A stretch of DNA of 64,000 bases. Origin: Brachyspira murdochii DSM 12563. GTDB taxonomy: Bacteria; Spirochaetota; Brachyspiria; Brachyspirales; Brachyspiraceae. Where the stretch lies: the NCBI RefSeq assembly GCF_000092845.1, contig NC_014150.1, forward strand, positions 2,043,510-2,107,509, in the 5' to 3' direction. Of this stretch, positions 48,040 to 61,056 are shown one piece after another (the first letter of the stretch is position 1; each line of letters starts with the position of its first letter). Made by a program: the position numbers and the translations under genes. The notes beneath the pieces are model-generated. The model was not told the DNA's origin. It worked only from the letters and a program-made list of their open reading frames with translations, and did not search any database.

Positions 48040-49872
48040 ATGAAAAAAATTCATTCTATAAGAGTGAAAATGCCTATAGCAATTAGTATTTTAAGTACTA
48101 TATTTTTAGTTTTAATAGTTGTCATATTATCATACAGATCTCATATTACAATTAAAAATGCCACATTGAATGGTTTTAATAATACAGTTAATGGCTATAA
48201 AGATATGCTTGATGTTTGGCTTGATGATAGCAGGAATTTAATAGAAACTTATTCGGTATCTCCTATAGTAAGAAATTACCTATTAGATAGAAATATAGAT
48301 ATTCGAAGTACACTTACAGAGTTTGAAGGTATTAATGAATATGTGCTTGACATAGGTATTACAGATACTAATGGTATAATTTTAGATAATGTTAATAATG
48401 TAAAAATAGGTGAAAATATAACAACAGTAAGACCTAATATTTTAAATATATTAAAAAACAATAATAATAAAGCCTCTTTTGATGATGGTATACAAAGATC
48501 AAGTGCTGATAACAAATGGTCGCTTGCAGCTATTTCTGGTGTTAATTATAATGGGGAATATATAGGAAATATATATATGATATTAGATTGGGAGGAGCTT
48601 TCTGTAAAACTTCAGGATTTGAAATTACCTGAAAGAACTAGAATATTTGCCATTGATGATGAAGAGACTGTTTTACTTGACACCAAAAACGAAATTAATA
48701 CGAAAGCAAATGAAGCTTATGGAGAAATTATAAATAGCGGTTTATCATCAGGTGTTATGAATTATATATCTTCCGTAAGTCATGATCCTAGAACAGCAGT
48801 TTACAGCAGACTTCAAAATTTATCTTGGTATTTAATTATGGCTATGGACGATAATATTATATATAAAGATAATAATGATTCTATAAAAATATCTATTATT
48901 ATATGTATTTTATCTATTATTTTTATAAATATATTTGCTTTTATTTATATTAAAAGAGTTACACACCCTCTAAAAGTATTAATGAGTCATGCCACTAGCA
49001 TATCAGAGGGAAATATTAGTATAAATACTAAAAGTACATATGCTAAAGATGAGTTTGGAGAATTAGAGAGGGTTTTTGATATTATGAGCAGCAGGTTGGC
49101 AGAGGTTGTTTATAATGTTAATAATGCCTCAAAAGAGATAATGGAAGCAGCAGAAAATATGATGGAAAGCAGCAGCGAATTATCAGCAAGAACGGACAGT
49201 CAGTCATCTAGTTTGGAAGAAACAGCAGCTAGTATTGAGGAGATGGTTTCTAATATAAAGATTTCAGCTGAGAACTCTATACATGGTAAGGATATGATGT
49301 CAGAGTCTATTACATTCATTGAAGATGCTGCAAACATTATATCTCAAACTGCTTCAAATATAGAAGAGGTTTATCAGTCAAGTGAGAAAATAAAAGATAT
49401 TACAAAGATTATTGAAGATATTGCTTTTCAAACTAATATACTTGCACTTAATGCTTCTGTAGAGGCGGCACGTGCTGGAGATCATGGTAAAGGTTTTGCT
49501 GTTGTTGCTTCTGAGGTAAGAAATCTTGCTCAAACTACTCAGGCTTCTGTAAAAGATATCACAGCATTGGTTGATAATACATCAAGTAAAATAGATATAG
49601 CAACTAATACCGCTAAACAGTCGCAGGATATATTTGCAAAACTTCAAAGCAAAGTATTAGAAACTTCAAAACTAATGGAAGATATTACTTCAAATGCCCT
49701 AGAACAGCAGTCTGGAACTAATCAAATAAGTACCGAAGTTAATAATATGGAAACTGCCACTACTCAGAATGCTGCTTTGGCTGAAAACTCAAGTGAGATA
49801 TCAAAAAGTTTGGTTGAAAAAGCTAGATTTTTAGAAAGCAGTATAGAGTTTTTTAAGATTTCTAATAATTAG
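48040..49872 (+). CDS. methyl-accepting chemotaxis protein with Cache-type sensor (paralog of 18140-20107)
   Basis: Two TM helices, a periplasmic domain, a HAMP domain and the signalling domain ...[32 protein letters not shown]... Confidence 0.9.
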   Translation: MKKIHSIRVKMPIAISILSTIFLVLIVVILSYRSHITIKNATLNGFNNTVNGYKDMLDVWLDDSRNLIETYSVSPIVRNYLLDRNIDIRSTLTEFEGINEYVLDIGITDTNGIILDNVNNVKIGENITTVRPNILNILKNNNNKASFDDGIQRSSADNKWSLAAISGVNYNGEYIGNIYMILDWEELSVKLQDLKLPERTRIFAIDDEETVLLDTKNEINTKANEAYGEIINSGLSSGVMNYISSVSHDPRTAVYSRLQNLSWYLIMAMDDNIIYKDNNDSIKISIIICILSIIFINIFAFIYIKRVTHPLKVLMSHATSISEGNISINTKSTYAKDEFGELERVFDIMSSRLAEVVYNVNNASKEIMEAAENMMESSSELSARTDSQSSSLEETAASIEEMVSNIKISAENSIHGKDMMSESITFIEDAANIISQTASNIEEVYQSSEKIKDITKIIEDIAFQTNILALNASVEAARAGDHGKGFAVVASEVRNLAQTTQASVKDITALVDNTSSKIDIATNTAKQSQDIFAKLQSKVLETSKLMEDITSNALEQQSGTNQISTEVNNMETATTQNAALAENSSEISKSLVEKARFLESSIEFFKISNN

Positions 49873-50036
49873 AGAATATATAGCTAAACAAATATAGTTT
49901 TTTAAATATTGCAGGGCTTTTACCCATCGAAGTAGGTAAAAACTTTGCAAAAGCCATTAATGTGTATCAGGTTACAAAATAAAATTGTTATATACTTAAA
50001 TAATTATAGTTTGTAAATTTTTAGTTATATATCAAG

Positions 50037-51167
50037 TCAATTGAAGTAATTATATTTATTATGCTTCATAATACTTATGCCGTTAATATCAAATATATTT
50101 ATTTTTTTTAGATTTGGTTTTAAATACAGAGTTTCTCCTATATCATAAACTTTTTCATCTAATGAAGAGCTTTGAGAATATTCTATTGATGACTGATTTT
50201 CTAATATTTCATCTTTTTCAAAGTATAATGAGTAATTTGTGTATTTTCCTAAAAATGTTTTTGATAATATTTTAGTTTTTATAGCATTATCTTTTTCATC
50301 AGATATATAAAACTCTTCAGGTCTTATAGAAACTATTATTTTGTCATTGTCATGAACATTATCAATTATATTATTAATTTCAAATTTATAACCGTTTGTA
50401 AAGCAAATAAATGTTTTTGAGTTTTCTTTTGATATTTTGGCATTAAATAAATTTGAATGTCCTATAAATGCCGATATAAAAGTATTAACTGGTCTTGAAT
50501 ATATATCTATAGGTTTTCCTATTTGCTGTATAATACCTTTATTCATCACAGCTATTGTATCTGATATTGCTAATGCTTCTTCCTGATCATGAGTTACATA
50601 AATGGTTGTTATTCCTATACGTTTTTGTATTTCTCTTATTACATCACGCATTTCTATTCTTAATTTTGCATCTAAATTTGATAATGGTTCGTCCATAAGA
50701 AGCACATTAGGCGATATTATAATTGCTCTTGCAAGTGCCACTCTCTGCTGCTGACCTCCTGATAAATGTTCTGGAAGTCTGTTTTGATATTCTTCAATTT
50801 TTACTATATTTAATATATCATCAACTTTATTTTTTATAGACTGTTTAGATTCTTTTCTTAATTTTAATCCGTATTCTACATTTTCTCTTACAGTCATATG
50901 AGGAAATATTGCATAGTTTTGAAATACCATACCTATATTTCTTTTATATGCTGGTATATCATTAATTATTTCATTATCAAACTTTATTGTTCCGTTTTCT
51001 ATGGTATTAAATCCAGCTATCATTCTTAACAGTGTAGTTTTTCCGCAGCCTGAAGGTCCAAGAAGAGTAAAGAATTCCCCATTTTTTATTTCTAATGATA
51101 GATTTGGTATTACTACTGTTTTATCATATTTTTTTAATACGTTTTGAATAGATATAGATACGCTCAT
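50037..51167 (-). CDS. ABC transporter ATP-binding protein, PotA/MalK-like with C-terminal TOBE-like domain; orphan
   Basis: Walker A GPSGCGKTT, the signature LSGGQQQRV and Walker B LLMDEP. No permease or binding-protein gene is adjacent. Confidence 0.75.
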   Translation of the reverse strand: MSVSISIQNVLKKYDKTVVIPNLSLEIKNGEFFTLLGPSGCGKTTLLRMIAGFNTIENGTIKFDNEIINDIPAYKRNIGMVFQNYAIFPHMTVRENVEYGLKLRKESKQSIKNKVDDILNIVKIEEYQNRLPEHLSGGQQQRVALARAIIISPNVLLMDEPLSNLDAKLRIEMRDVIREIQKRIGITTIYVTHDQEEALAISDTIAVMNKGIIQQIGKPIDIYSRPVNTFISAFIGHSNLFNAKISKENSKTFICFTNGYKFEINNIIDNVHDNDKIIVSIRPEEFYISDEKDNAIKTKILSKTFLGKYTNYSLYFEKDEILENQSSIEYSQSSSLDEKVYDIGETLYLKPNLKKINIFDINGISIMKHNKYNYFN

Positions 51168-51326
51168 ACCAGTCTCTTGATTAAATATATAATGCTTTAA
51201 TATTTTTAAATCTATTTAATAAGTTATTATTATTTTATTTCTATATATTTTTTTGTCAATGATATTATTAAATTATTAAAGATAAAAGTGTATATTAAAA
51301 TAAATAATAGATTTATATTACTTCAA

Positions 51327-51989
51327 TTATTTCATGCTTTTTTGTTTTTCTTTTTTGTCTATTACAGCTCTGCTTGCAAGTTCATTTTTTATATCATTAA
51401 TAGTGATATTTTTTTCAACCATAAGTACTAGTGTATGGTATAATAAATCAGCTATTTCATATATTGTTTCTTTATTTGAATCATTTTTAGCACCTATTAT
51501 AACCTCAGTGCATTCTTCTCCAACTTTTTTTAAGATTTTATCAATACCGCTGTTAAATAGGTATGTGGTATATGAGCCTTCTGTCTGATTAATTTTTCTT
51601 TCCTTTATAAGGTTGTATAATTTATCTATAGAAAAATTTTTATAATCTTCTTTTGAGAATATATCATTAAAAAAGCATGATTCACTTCCAGTGTGGCAGG
51701 CAGGACCATCTTTAATTACTTCTACAACTAAAGCATCATTATCACAGTCGCTTTTTATAGCTTGTATATGCTGATAATTTTTTGAAGTTTCTCCTTTTCT
51801 CCAAAGTTCCTGTCTGCTTCTGCTGTAGAAACAAGTTTTACCTTCATTTATACTTATTTGCAGACTTTCTTTATTCATGTATGCTAGAGTTAGAACTTCT
51901 TTTGTGTAATAGTCAATAACTATTGCGGGTATTAAACCTTTATCATCAAATTTTAATTCTTCTATTTTTTCCTGAGATATATTATTCAT
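51327..51989 (-). CDS. hisIE: bifunctional phosphoribosyl-AMP cyclohydrolase / phosphoribosyl-ATP pyrophosphatase
   Basis: The N-terminal HisI region (GLIPAIV...LTLAYMN...CDNDALV...GPACHTG) and the C-terminal HisE region ([12 protein letters not shown]...[13 protein letters not shown]). Confidence 0.7.
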   Translation of the reverse strand: MNNISQEKIEELKFDDKGLIPAIVIDYYTKEVLTLAYMNKESLQISINEGKTCFYSRSRQELWRKGETSKNYQHIQAIKSDCDNDALVVEVIKDGPACHTGSESCFFNDIFSKEDYKNFSIDKLYNLIKERKINQTEGSYTTYLFNSGIDKILKKVGEECTEVIIGAKNDSNKETIYEIADLLYHTLVLMVEKNITINDIKNELASRAVIDKKEKQKSMK

Positions 51990-52164
51990 AAATTAAATCC
52001 TAAATTCTGCAAATATTATTAGCAGTAATTATGCTATAATTATTAATTTTTTGCAATATTATTAGTGTAATATTTTAAAAAAAATAAGCTATTATAGATA
52101 ATAATATCGTTAATATATATGTAAAGTTTTTAATAAAAAAATATAAAAAAAGTACTAAAGACTA

Positions 52165-52193
52165 TTGATTTTTTTGTATAGCTGCTTTATAAT
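52165..52193 (+). promoter_or_regulatory. str operon promoter TTGATT-N17-TATAAT with a ~200-nt leader
   Basis: aTTGATTtttttgtatagctgcttTATAATg. Confidence 0.45.
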
Positions 52194-52393
52194 GCTAACA
52201 CTTTCATAAAAGCGATTAAAGCGTATAGTATGTTTTCTCACTTTATTAATTAGGTTTAATACTATAATTGCTCAGTTTGTGAATACTGTTTCGTTTGAAG
52301 TTTTAATTTAAAATTAAAAAAGCAGATGCTGTCAATTCGGTTGGATTGGCTTATAAAATTAGAAAAAATAAAAAATTAGAGGTTTTGTATTTT

Positions 52394-52768
52394 ATGCCTA
52401 CAATTAATCAATTAGTAAGAAAAGGTCGCAAGCGTATGATAAATAAAACAAAATCGCCTGCGTTAATGAAATGTCCGCAAAGAGAAGGTGTGTGTACTCG
52501 TGTAACAACAACTACACCAAAAAAACCTAACTCAGCTATGCGTAAAATTGCCCGTGTAAGAGTAACAAATGGTATGGAAGTAACAGCTTATATACCTGGT
52601 ATAGACCATACGCTTCAGGAGCATAACCGTGTGCTTATAAGAGGCGGTCGTGTAAAAGACTTGCCTGGCTGCCGTTATCACATAGTTCGCGGAAGCCGTG
52701 AAGCTACTGGTGTTGAAAAAAGAATGAAAGCTAGAAGTAAATACGGTACTAAGAAACCAAAGGCTTAA
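52394..52768 (+). CDS. rpsL: 30S ribosomal protein S12
   Basis: [13 protein letters not shown]... The ATG at 52394 has a GAGG ribosome-binding site. The 16-aa extension in the ORF track is not expected for S12. Confidence 0.95.
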   Translation: MPTINQLVRKGRKRMINKTKSPALMKCPQREGVCTRVTTTTPKKPNSAMRKIARVRVTNGMEVTAYIPGIDHTLQEHNRVLIRGGRVKDLPGCRYHIVRGSREATGVEKRMKARSKYGTKKPKA

Positions 52769-52782
52769 TGGAGTAAATTAAT

Positions 52783-53253
52783 ATGGCTAGAAGAAGAAGA
52801 GCACAAACTAGAAAGATAGATGCTGATCCTGTTTACGGCAGTATTGTTATCAGTAAGTTTATTAATAAATTAATGTATGACGGTAAAAAAAGTAAAGCTG
52901 AAAATATATTTTATAAAGCTATGGATTTAGTTAAGCAGAAAACAGGAAAAGATGGTTTAGAAGCTTTTAATGAAGCTATAAATAATATTAAGCCTCTTGT
53001 GGAAGTAAAATCAAGAAGAGTTGGAGGTTCTACATATCAGGTGCCTGTTGATGTAAGACCGGACAGACAGAATTCTTTAGCTTTTACTTGGCTTATAGAT
53101 GCTTCAAGAAAAAGAGGCGGAAAAAGCATGGTAGAGCGTTTGTCAAATGAAATAGTAGATGCTATAGACGGAAAAGGTCAGGCAGTTGCTAAGAGAGATA
53201 CGGTTCATAGAATGGCTGAAGGTAACAAAGCGTTCGCACACTTTAGATGGTAG
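52783..53253 (+). CDS. rpsG: 30S ribosomal protein S7
   Basis: [18 protein letters not shown]... Confidence 0.95.
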   Translation: MARRRRAQTRKIDADPVYGSIVISKFINKLMYDGKKSKAENIFYKAMDLVKQKTGKDGLEAFNEAINNIKPLVEVKSRRVGGSTYQVPVDVRPDRQNSLAFTWLIDASRKRGGKSMVERLSNEIVDAIDGKGQAVAKRDTVHRMAEGNKAFAHFRW

Positions 53254-53273
53254 TTTTTAAGGAGAGGGTTTAA

Positions 53274-55355
53274 GTGGCACGTCAAATTTCATTAGAAAAC
53301 ACACGTAATATTGGTATTATGGCTCACATTGATGCTGGTAAGACTACTTTGAGTGAGCGTATTCTTTATTTTACTGGTAAGACACATAAAATAGGTGAAG
53401 TACATGAAGGTGCAGCAGAAATGGACTGGATGGAACAGGAAAGAGAGAGGGGTATTACTATTACTTCGGCTGCAACCACTTGTTTTTGGAATGGTAATAG
53501 AATTAATTTGATAGATACACCGGGGCACGTTGACTTTACTGTAGAGGTTGAAAGATCTTTAAGAGTATTGGATAGTGCAGTTGGTGTTTTTTGTTCTGTA
53601 GGCGGTGTTCAGCCTCAGAGTGAAACAGTATGGAGACAGGCTAGTAATTATAAAATTCCTAGAGCTATATTTGTTAATAAAATGGATAGAATAGGTGCTA
53701 ATTTCTATGCTGTTTTGGATCAGACAAGAGAGAGATTAAAAGCTAATAGTCACCCAGTTGTTATACCTATAGGTGCAGAAAGCAATTTTGAGGGTGTTAT
53801 TGACTTAGTAAATATGAAAGAGATAATTTGGGTTTCTGAAGACGGCATGAAAATGGAAGAGAGAGAAATCAGGGCTGAATTAAAAGAAAAAGCAGAAGAA
53901 TATAGAAACTCATTATTAGAAGCAATTGTTGAATACGATGATGATGCTATGAATAAGTTTTTTGAAGGAGAGGAAATAGATGTTCCTACTATAAAAAGAC
54001 TTATAAGAACAGCAACATTAACTGCAGACTTCTTTCCAATGTTCTGCGGTACTGCATTCAAAAATAAAGGTATTCAGGTATTAATTAATGGAATAGTTGA
54101 TTACTTACCTTCTCCAGTAGACAGATCAGAGATAGAAGGTACTGACTTAGACGGAAATGTGGTAAAAAGAAAAATATCAGATGATGAGAAATTCAGTGCA
54201 TTAGCATTTAAAATAATGACAGACCCTCACGTAGGAAAAATAGCTTTCTTCAGAGTTTATTCTGGTATATTGGAAGCTGGTTCTTATGTGTTTAATGCAA
54301 CAAAAGGTAAAAGAGAGCGTATCGGAAGAATACTTCAGATGCATGCTAATAAAAGAGAAGAGATTGATACAGTATATGCTGGTGATATAGCTGCAGCAGT
54401 AGGACTTAAAGAAACAACAACAGGTGATACTTTATGTCCGGAAAATGCTCCTATAATACTAGAAGCAATCAATTTCCCAGAACCAGTAATTAACGTTGCT
54501 ATAGAGCCTAAAACAAAAGGTGACAGAGATAAAATGTCTATAGCTTTATCAAGACTTGCTGAAGAAGACCCAACATTCAGAGTTAGTTTTGATGAAGAAA
54601 CAGGACAAACAATTATCGCAGGTATGGGTGAGCTTCACTTGGAAATTATCTGTGATAGAATGAAAAGAGAATATAAAGTTGAGGCAAATGTAGGACGTCC
54701 TCAGGTATCTTACAGAGAAGGTATTAAGAAAACAGTTGAGGTTCAAGGAAAATTTGTGCGTCAGTCTGGCGGTAAAGGTCAGTACGGAGATGTATGGCTT
54801 AGAATTGGTCCTAATGAACCTAATGCGGGATTTAAATTTAATAATGAAATCGTTGGAGGAGCAGTTCCAAGAGAATATATACCTGCAGTAGAAAAAGGCT
54901 GTGTAGAGTCAATGAATACAGGAGTTCTTGCTAACTATCCTATGCTTGATGTTGTAGTATCAGCTTATGACGGTTCATTCCACCCAGTAGACTCATCAGA
55001 AATGGCATTTAAAATTGCTGCTTCAATGGGATTTAAAGAAGGCTGTAAAAAGGCAGATCCTTATTTGTTAGAGCCTATGATGACAGTAGAGGTTGTAACT
55101 CCAGAAGATTATATGGGTGATATAATAGGGGACTTAGCTTCAAGAAGAGGTCAGGTTCACGGATTTACAGATAAATCAGGTTATAAATCAATCAATGCTA
55201 CAGTACCTCTTGCAGAGATGTTTGGTTATACAACAAGTATAAGAAACGTATCTCAGGGAAGAGCAAGCTACACAATGCAGTTCTCACACTATGAGGAAGT
55301 ACCTAAAAATGTAGCTGAAGAGATAATCGGTGCTAGAATGGGTAATAACAAATAA
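53274..55355 (+). CDS. fusA: elongation factor G
   Basis: GTG start. Contains [22 protein letters not shown] and a 693-aa length. Confidence 0.95.
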   Translation: MARQISLENTRNIGIMAHIDAGKTTLSERILYFTGKTHKIGEVHEGAAEMDWMEQERERGITITSAATTCFWNGNRINLIDTPGHVDFTVEVERSLRVLDSAVGVFCSVGGVQPQSETVWRQASNYKIPRAIFVNKMDRIGANFYAVLDQTRERLKANSHPVVIPIGAESNFEGVIDLVNMKEIIWVSEDGMKMEEREIRAELKEKAEEYRNSLLEAIVEYDDDAMNKFFEGEEIDVPTIKRLIRTATLTADFFPMFCGTAFKNKGIQVLINGIVDYLPSPVDRSEIEGTDLDGNVVKRKISDDEKFSALAFKIMTDPHVGKIAFFRVYSGILEAGSYVFNATKGKRERIGRILQMHANKREEIDTVYAGDIAAAVGLKETTTGDTLCPENAPIILEAINFPEPVINVAIEPKTKGDRDKMSIALSRLAEEDPTFRVSFDEETGQTIIAGMGELHLEIICDRMKREYKVEANVGRPQVSYREGIKKTVEVQGKFVRQSGGKGQYGDVWLRIGPNEPNAGFKFNNEIVGGAVPREYIPAVEKGCVESMNTGVLANYPMLDVVVSAYDGSFHPVDSSEMAFKIAASMGFKEGCKKADPYLLEPMMTVEVVTPEDYMGDIIGDLASRRGQVHGFTDKSGYKSINATVPLAEMFGYTTSIRNVSQGRASYTMQFSHYEEVPKNVAEEIIGARMGNNK

Positions 55356-55425
55356 GTAACTAAAAAAGTTACAAGTTAGATATAAAAATTAAATTTCCTA
55401 AAGGATAAATAATTGGAGGATTAAA

Positions 55426-56652
55426 ATGGCTAAAGGAACTTACGAAGGTAAAAAGACACACGTAAACGTTGGTACTATCGGACACGTAGACCATGGTAAA
55501 ACAACATTAACATCAGCAATAACAGCAGTATCATCTGCTATGTTCCCAGCAACAGTAGCGAAAGTTGCTTATGACTCAGTAGCAAAGGCTTCTGAAAGTC
55601 AAGGTAGAAGAGACCCAACAAAAATATTGACAATCGCAACATCACACGTTGAATATGAATCAGACAACAGACACTATGCTCACGTAGACTGTCCAGGTCA
55701 CGCTGACTACATTAAAAACATGATTACTGGTGCTGCTCAGATGGACGGTGCTATATTGGTAGTATCAGCAGAAGACGGTGTAATGCCTCAAACAAAAGAA
55801 CACGTACTTCTTTCAAGACAAGTAGGTGTAAATTACATCGTAGTATTCTTAAACAAATGTGATAAATTAGATGACCCAGAAATGGCAGACATCACAGTAG
55901 AAGAAGTAAAAGACGTATTAAATCACTATGGTTTTGACGGCGATAAAACTCCTATCATTAAAGGTTCTGCTATTAAAGCTATTCAAGCAATTGAAGCAGG
56001 TAAAGATCCTAGAACAGATCCAGATTGTAAATGTATATTAGATCTTTTGAATGCTTTAGATACATATATTCCAGATCCAGTACGTGAAGTAGATAAAGAC
56101 TTCTTAATGTCAATCGAAGACGTATACTCAATTCCTGGAAGAGGTACAGTTGTTACTGGAAGAATTGAAAGAGGTAAAATCAAAAAAGGTGATGAAGTTG
56201 AAATCGTTGGTATCAGACCTACTCAAAAAACAACTTGTACTGGCGTAGAAATGTTCAAAAAAGAAGTAGAAGGTATAGCTGGTTATAACGTTGGATGTCT
56301 TTTAAGAGGTATTGAACGTAAAGCAGTAGAAAGAGGACAGGTATTAGCTAAACCAGGTACTATCACACCTCATAAAAAATTCGAAGCAGAAGTTTATATC
56401 TTGAAAAAAGAAGAAGGCGGAAGACACAGCGGTTTCGTAAGCGGTTACAGACCACAAATGTACTTCAGAACAACAGACGTAACAGGTGTAATCAACTTAC
56501 AAGAAGGTTCACAAATGATTATGCCAGGTGATAATGCTAACTTAACTATTGAACTTATCACACCAATCGCTATGGAAGAAAAACAAAGATTCGCTATACG
56601 TGAAGGTGGTAAAACAGTAGGTAATGGTGTTGTAACAAAAATATTAGAATAA
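55426..56652 (+). CDS. tuf: elongation factor Tu
   Basis: [18 protein letters not shown] and a 408-aa length. Confidence 0.95.
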   Translation: MAKGTYEGKKTHVNVGTIGHVDHGKTTLTSAITAVSSAMFPATVAKVAYDSVAKASESQGRRDPTKILTIATSHVEYESDNRHYAHVDCPGHADYIKNMITGAAQMDGAILVVSAEDGVMPQTKEHVLLSRQVGVNYIVVFLNKCDKLDDPEMADITVEEVKDVLNHYGFDGDKTPIIKGSAIKAIQAIEAGKDPRTDPDCKCILDLLNALDTYIPDPVREVDKDFLMSIEDVYSIPGRGTVVTGRIERGKIKKGDEVEIVGIRPTQKTTCTGVEMFKKEVEGIAGYNVGCLLRGIERKAVERGQVLAKPGTITPHKKFEAEVYILKKEEGGRHSGFVSGYRPQMYFRTTDVTGVINLQEGSQMIMPGDNANLTIELITPIAMEEKQRFAIREGGKTVGNGVVTKILE

Positions 56653-56667
56653 TTAAAGTAGAGAAAT

Positions 56668-56690
56668 AAAAGGGTATACCTTTTTTATTA
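56668..56690 (+). terminator. tuf terminator hairpin AAAAGG-GTATA-CCTTTT plus T-run
   Basis: A downstream TATACCCTTT segment (56695-56704) can form an alternative 10-bp pairing with AAAGGGTATA. Confidence 0.45.
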
Positions 56691-56736
56691 AAGATATACC
56701 CTTTAATAAATTAAGAGAAAGCGAGTAATTCAAGCT

Positions 56737-57042
56737 ATGAAAGAACAGAAAATACGAGTTAAACTAAAAGCCTTTGATATTGAGCTTATTGATCAATCAG
56801 CTCAGTCGATAGTAGCTAGTGTAAAGAAAACAGGTGCTAGAGTATCAGGACCTATACCATTGCCTACAAGCATACGTAAGGTAACTGTAATAAGAAGTCC
56901 GCATGTAAATATTAAATCAAGAGAACAATTTGAGATGCGTATATATAAGAGATTAATAGATATCTTTGATGTAACTCCTCAAACAACAGAATCTCTTAAA
57001 AAATTAGCGCTTCCAGCTGGGGTTGATGTTCAGCTTAAATAA
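56737..57042 (+). CDS. rpsJ: 30S ribosomal protein S10
   Basis: IRVKLKAFD... Confidence 0.95.
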   Translation: MKEQKIRVKLKAFDIELIDQSAQSIVASVKKTGARVSGPIPLPTSIRKVTVIRSPHVNIKSREQFEMRIYKRLIDIFDVTPQTTESLKKLALPAGVDVQLK

Positions 57043-57146
57043 GCGTTTAATTAAATATTAAAGATAAAGCTCTTTACTACGTTTTATCTGTAATAGTTTG
57101 AAACAATAGAAAAGTAGTAAGTAAAATCATTATAGAGGATTCGCCG

Positions 57147-57800
57147 ATGGTAGGAATAATTGGCAAAAAATTGGGCATGACAACAGTTTTTGATGAAACT
57201 GGCAACGCAATAGCAGTAACAGTAGTAGAAGCTGGTCCATGCACAGTTATGCAGATAAGAGATAATGAGAAAGATGGCTACAGTGCAATTCAATTAGGTT
57301 ATGGTGCCGTAAAAGAAAAGCATTTGAAAAAGCCACAAATAGGTCAATTTAAAAAAGCAAATTTAGAGCCTAAGAAATATCTAAAAGAGTTCAGAATGGA
57401 CAATACTAGTTCATATACAGTAGGTCAGGAACTTAAAGCAGATGTATTTCAAGCAGGCGATTTTATAGATGTTAGTTCTTTGAGTAAAGGCCGCGGTTTT
57501 GCAGGCGTAATGAAAAGACATAATTACGATGGTGGTCCTATGAGCCATGGTTCTAACTTCAGAAGAAGAGCTGGTTCTATAGGTTGTAACAGCTACCCTG
57601 CAAGAGTATGGAAAGGTAAAGGTATGCCGGGACATATGGGTAATGCTTTAACTACTATACAAAACTTGAAAGTAGTTGAAATAAGACCAGATGATAATTT
57701 GATTATGATTAAAGGTGCTATACCTGGTGCAGTTAATAGTATAGTGAAATTAACATCAGCAGCTAAAAAACGCAACAAGAAAAAGAACTCAATGAATTAA
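57147..57800 (+). CDS. rplC: 50S ribosomal protein L3
   Basis: MVGIIGKKLGMT... Confidence 0.95.
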   Translation: MVGIIGKKLGMTTVFDETGNAIAVTVVEAGPCTVMQIRDNEKDGYSAIQLGYGAVKEKHLKKPQIGQFKKANLEPKKYLKEFRMDNTSSYTVGQELKADVFQAGDFIDVSSLSKGRGFAGVMKRHNYDGGPMSHGSNFRRRAGSIGCNSYPARVWKGKGMPGHMGNALTTIQNLKVVEIRPDDNLIMIKGAIPGAVNSIVKLTSAAKKRNKKKNSMN

Positions 57801-57825
57801 TTTAGAGTAATAACAGGATGATAAA

Positions 57826-58473
57826 ATGGAAGTAGTAATACTAAATGAAAATGGAGATAGCGTAGGCAATTTAGAGATTGTTGATGAGATATTTAAATCA
57901 GAAGTTAACAATAATCTACTTTACGAAGCAATCAAAAATGAATTAGCTAACAGACGTCAGGGAACGCACTCTACTAAAACCAGAGCAGAAGTTTCAGGAG
58001 GCGGTAAAAAACCTTGGAGACAAAAAGGTACTGGCAGAGCAAGAGCAGGTTCTACACGTTCGCCAATTTGGGTAGGCGGTGGTAAAACACATACACCTAA
58101 ACCACGCGATTATAGCTATAGATTGCCAAAGAAAATGAAGCGTAAGGCTCTATTGTCTGTTTTATCTTTAAAATATGGAAGCAATGTTCTTAAAGTTTTT
58201 GAGGACTTCACTTTTGATGCTCCTAAAACAAAAAGAATGGCTAGTTTTATAAGTAAGGTTAAAGAACCAAATACAAGAAAAGTGGCATTTGTAGTAGGTA
58301 AAGATGAATCTTTAGGTGATAATTACAATAAATTATTATTATCATTAAGAAACATTAAAGATTTAAAGCTTGTAAATGCAGACAGTATGTCTATACATCC
58401 TTTATTTTATGCTGATGAGGTATATTTTACTAAAACAGCTTTATCTAAATTAAATGCTAGAATTAAGGGTTAA
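57826..58473 (+). CDS. rplD: 50S ribosomal protein L4
   Basis: Identified from gene order and the motif KPWRQKGTGRAR. Confidence 0.9.
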   Translation: MEVVILNENGDSVGNLEIVDEIFKSEVNNNLLYEAIKNELANRRQGTHSTKTRAEVSGGGKKPWRQKGTGRARAGSTRSPIWVGGGKTHTPKPRDYSYRLPKKMKRKALLSVLSLKYGSNVLKVFEDFTFDAPKTKRMASFISKVKEPNTRKVAFVVGKDESLGDNYNKLLLSLRNIKDLKLVNADSMSIHPLFYADEVYFTKTALSKLNARIKG

Positions 58474-58478
58474 AAAAT

Positions 58479-58778
58479 ATGAGCATGTATTCACTTTTAA
58501 TTGAGCCTATACTTACAGAAAAAAGTAATATGCTTAGAACTGAGCCTAGAGGAACAGAAAAGCGTTATTATGTATTTAAAGTAAGACAGGACGCTAATAA
58601 AACAGAACTAATGAAAGCGGTTGAAAAAATATTCAATGTACACCCGCTAGATTGTAAGATAATAAATGTTAAGCCAAAAAAGAAAAATCGCAGAATGAGC
58701 AGACGCGGATACACACGCAGCTATAAAAAAGCGATAATAGTTCTTGACGGCAAAGAATCAATAGATATAGTAAAATAA
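58479..58778 (+). CDS. rplW: 50S ribosomal protein L23
   Basis: Identified from gene order; the sequence includes LIEPILTEKS. Confidence 0.9.
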   Translation: MSMYSLLIEPILTEKSNMLRTEPRGTEKRYYVFKVRQDANKTELMKAVEKIFNVHPLDCKIINVKPKKKNRRMSRRGYTRSYKKAIIVLDGKESIDIVK

Positions 58779-58790
58779 TGAGGGACACCG

Positions 58791-59627
58791 ATGGCTATTA
58801 AGAAATTTAAACCGACAACACCAAGTTTACGCTATCGTACAGTAGTAGATTTTTCTGATATTACAACAAATGAGCCTTGTAAATCATTAGTATGCGGAAA
58901 AAAACGTATAAGCGGACGTGGTTCAAATGGTCGTATAACTATGCGTCGTCGCGGAGGCGGACATAAAAAACTATTTAGATTTGTAGATTTTAGAAGAGAT
59001 AAGCATGACATAGAAGCTAAAGTGGTTTCTATAGAGTATGATCCTAACAGAACTGCTCGTATAGCTTTACTACACTATACAGATGGCGAAAAAAGATACA
59101 TAATATGGCCATTGGGACTTAATGTAGGCGATAGAGTAGTAAGCGGTGAAAATGCAAAAGTTAAAATTGGATGCACTTTACCATTGAAAAAAATTCCATT
59201 AGGTACTATAATACATAACATTGAAATAACTCCTGGAAAAGGCGGTCAGCTTGTTAGAGCAGCAGGCGGCGGAGCTCAGATAACAGCAAAATCAGGCGGT
59301 TATTGTGTAATAAGACTTCGCTCAGGTGAAGAAAGAAGAATACTAGAAAATTGTTATGCTACTATAGGACAAATAGGTAACCTAGATCATTTCAATACTA
59401 CAGATGGTAAAGCTGGAACTACAAGACATAAAGGCAGAAGACCAAAAGTAAGAGGTGTTGTAATGAACCCAGTAGATCACCCGCACGGTGGTGGTGAAGG
59501 TAAAAGCGGTCAAGGTAATCCGCACCCAGTTTCTCCAACAGGTGTACCTACTAAGGGTTACAAAACTAGAAAGAAACATAAGTATTCTGATAGATTAATA
59601 ATCAAAAGAAGAGGGGGTAAAAAATAA
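58791..59627 (+). CDS. rplB: 50S ribosomal protein L2
   Basis: [14 protein letters not shown]... Confidence 0.95.
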   Translation: MAIKKFKPTTPSLRYRTVVDFSDITTNEPCKSLVCGKKRISGRGSNGRITMRRRGGGHKKLFRFVDFRRDKHDIEAKVVSIEYDPNRTARIALLHYTDGEKRYIIWPLGLNVGDRVVSGENAKVKIGCTLPLKKIPLGTIIHNIEITPGKGGQLVRAAGGGAQITAKSGGYCVIRLRSGEERRILENCYATIGQIGNLDHFNTTDGKAGTTRHKGRRPKVRGVVMNPVDHPHGGGEGKSGQGNPHPVSPTGVPTKGYKTRKKHKYSDRLIIKRRGGKK

Positions 59628-59896
59628 TGTCTCGCTCTATTAAAAAAGGACCTTTTGTAGATAAGAATCTTTTTAAGAAAATACAAGCTGGAGATAATAA
59701 GCACCAAATAAAAACTTACAGCCGTGCTTCAACAATTATTCCAGAAATGATAGGCTTTACTATAAATGTACATAATGGTAAAACATTTGTAGCAGTTTAT
59801 ATACAAGAAAATATGATAGGTCATAAATTAGGCGAATTTGCACCAACAAGAAAATTTATATCTCATGCAGGTGCCGCTAAAGTAGGTAAGAAATAA
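59627..59896 (+). CDS. rpsS: 30S ribosomal protein S19
   Basis: [12 protein letters not shown]... Confidence 0.95.
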   Translation: MSRSIKKGPFVDKNLFKKIQAGDNKHQIKTYSRASTIIPEMIGFTINVHNGKTFVAVYIQENMIGHKLGEFAPTRKFISHAGAAKVGKK

Positions 59897-59907
59897 GGAT
59901 TTAGACT

Positions 59908-60315
59908 ATGGATTATAAAGTAAAGGTACGTTATTTACGCATTGGCCGCAGGAAAGTATCAAGATTACTTCCTTTTGTTAGAGGTGAGTATGTTAATCAT
60001 GCTATATCTAATCTTGCAGCAATGCCACAGATGTCATCAGTAGTTCTAAGAAAGGCTATTAAAAGCGGAATAGCTAATGCAATATTCCAATCAAGAAATA
60101 TCAATCCAGATACATTATGGGTAAAAACTGCTTATGTTGACAAAGCACCTACTCTAAAAAGAATACGTGCAGCAAGCAGAGGCAGTGCTGACCCAATATT
60201 AAAAAGACTTTCACATATTACTATAATATTAAGTGATGATAAAAAACCTGAAAAGAAAAAATTAAAAGTAAAAAGTGCTAAAGTAGAAGAAGCACCTAAA
60301 GCAGCGGAGGTATAA
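59908..60315 (+). CDS. rplV: 50S ribosomal protein L22
   Basis: Identified from gene order and length. Confidence 0.9.
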   Translation: MDYKVKVRYLRIGRRKVSRLLPFVRGEYVNHAISNLAAMPQMSSVVLRKAIKSGIANAIFQSRNINPDTLWVKTAYVDKAPTLKRIRAASRGSADPILKRLSHITIILSDDKKPEKKKLKVKSAKVEEAPKAAEV

Positions 60316-60318
60316 ACT

Positions 60319-61056
60319 ATGGGTCAAAAGGTTAGTCCAATAGGTTTAAGACTCGGAATTAACAAAACTTGGTCTAGTAAATGGTTTGAAGATAGCAGAA
60401 CTTATGCAGACAGTTTGCATGAAGATTTATCTATCAGACGCTATATAATGAATTACTATTATAAAACATTAAAAGAAGAACAAAAGAAAATCGGCGGAAA
60501 AAAAGAGTCTTTTGACCCTGCTATATCTGATATACAAATAGTACGTTTCCCAGATAGAATCAATATTTTCATCTCTACTGCAAGAGCAGGTGTTGTAATA
60601 GGACCTAAAGGTCAGAGAGTTGAAACTGTAAAAACAGCAGTTCAAAAAATGGTTAAAAAACCAGTACATTTCTCTATTACAGAGATAAGAGATGCAGAGT
60701 TAGATGCAGCATTAGCAGCACAAAGCGTAGCACGTCAATTAGAAATGCGTGTTGCTTTCAGAAGAGCTATGAAAAGCGTTATAACTCAAGCTATGAAGAA
60801 AGGTGCTAAAGGAATAAAAGTTATGTGTTCTGGACGTTTAGCAGGAGCTGATATTGCTAGAACAGAACAATATAAAAATGGTTCAGTACCATTACATACA
60901 TTAAGAGCTAATATAGATTACGGCACTGCAGAAGCACTTACTACATTCGGTATTATCGGAATAAAAGTGTGGATCTATAAGGGAGAAATTCTTGATAAAA
61001 AAGAACATAAGCAAGATGATGCAGGTAAAGTTATCAGTGCCAAAGGAGATAGATAA
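60319..61056 (+). CDS. rpsC: 30S ribosomal protein S3
   Basis: [13 protein letters not shown]... with a KH domain. Confidence 0.95.
   Translation: MGQKVSPIGLRLGINKTWSSKWFEDSRTYADSLHEDLSIRRYIMNYYYKTLKEEQKKIGGKKESFDPAISDIQIVRFPDRINIFISTARAGVVIGPKGQRVETVKTAVQKMVKKPVHFSITEIRDAELDAALAAQSVARQLEMRVAFRRAMKSVITQAMKKGAKGIKVMCSGRLAGADIARTEQYKNGSVPLHTLRANIDYGTAEALTTFGIIGIKVWIYKGEILDKKEHKQDDAGKVISAKGDR

Noticed and set aside
52346-52393. 16-codon N-terminal extension of rpsL in the ORF track
   Set aside because: S12 universally starts near MPTINQL. A GAGG ribosome-binding site precedes the ATG at 52394.
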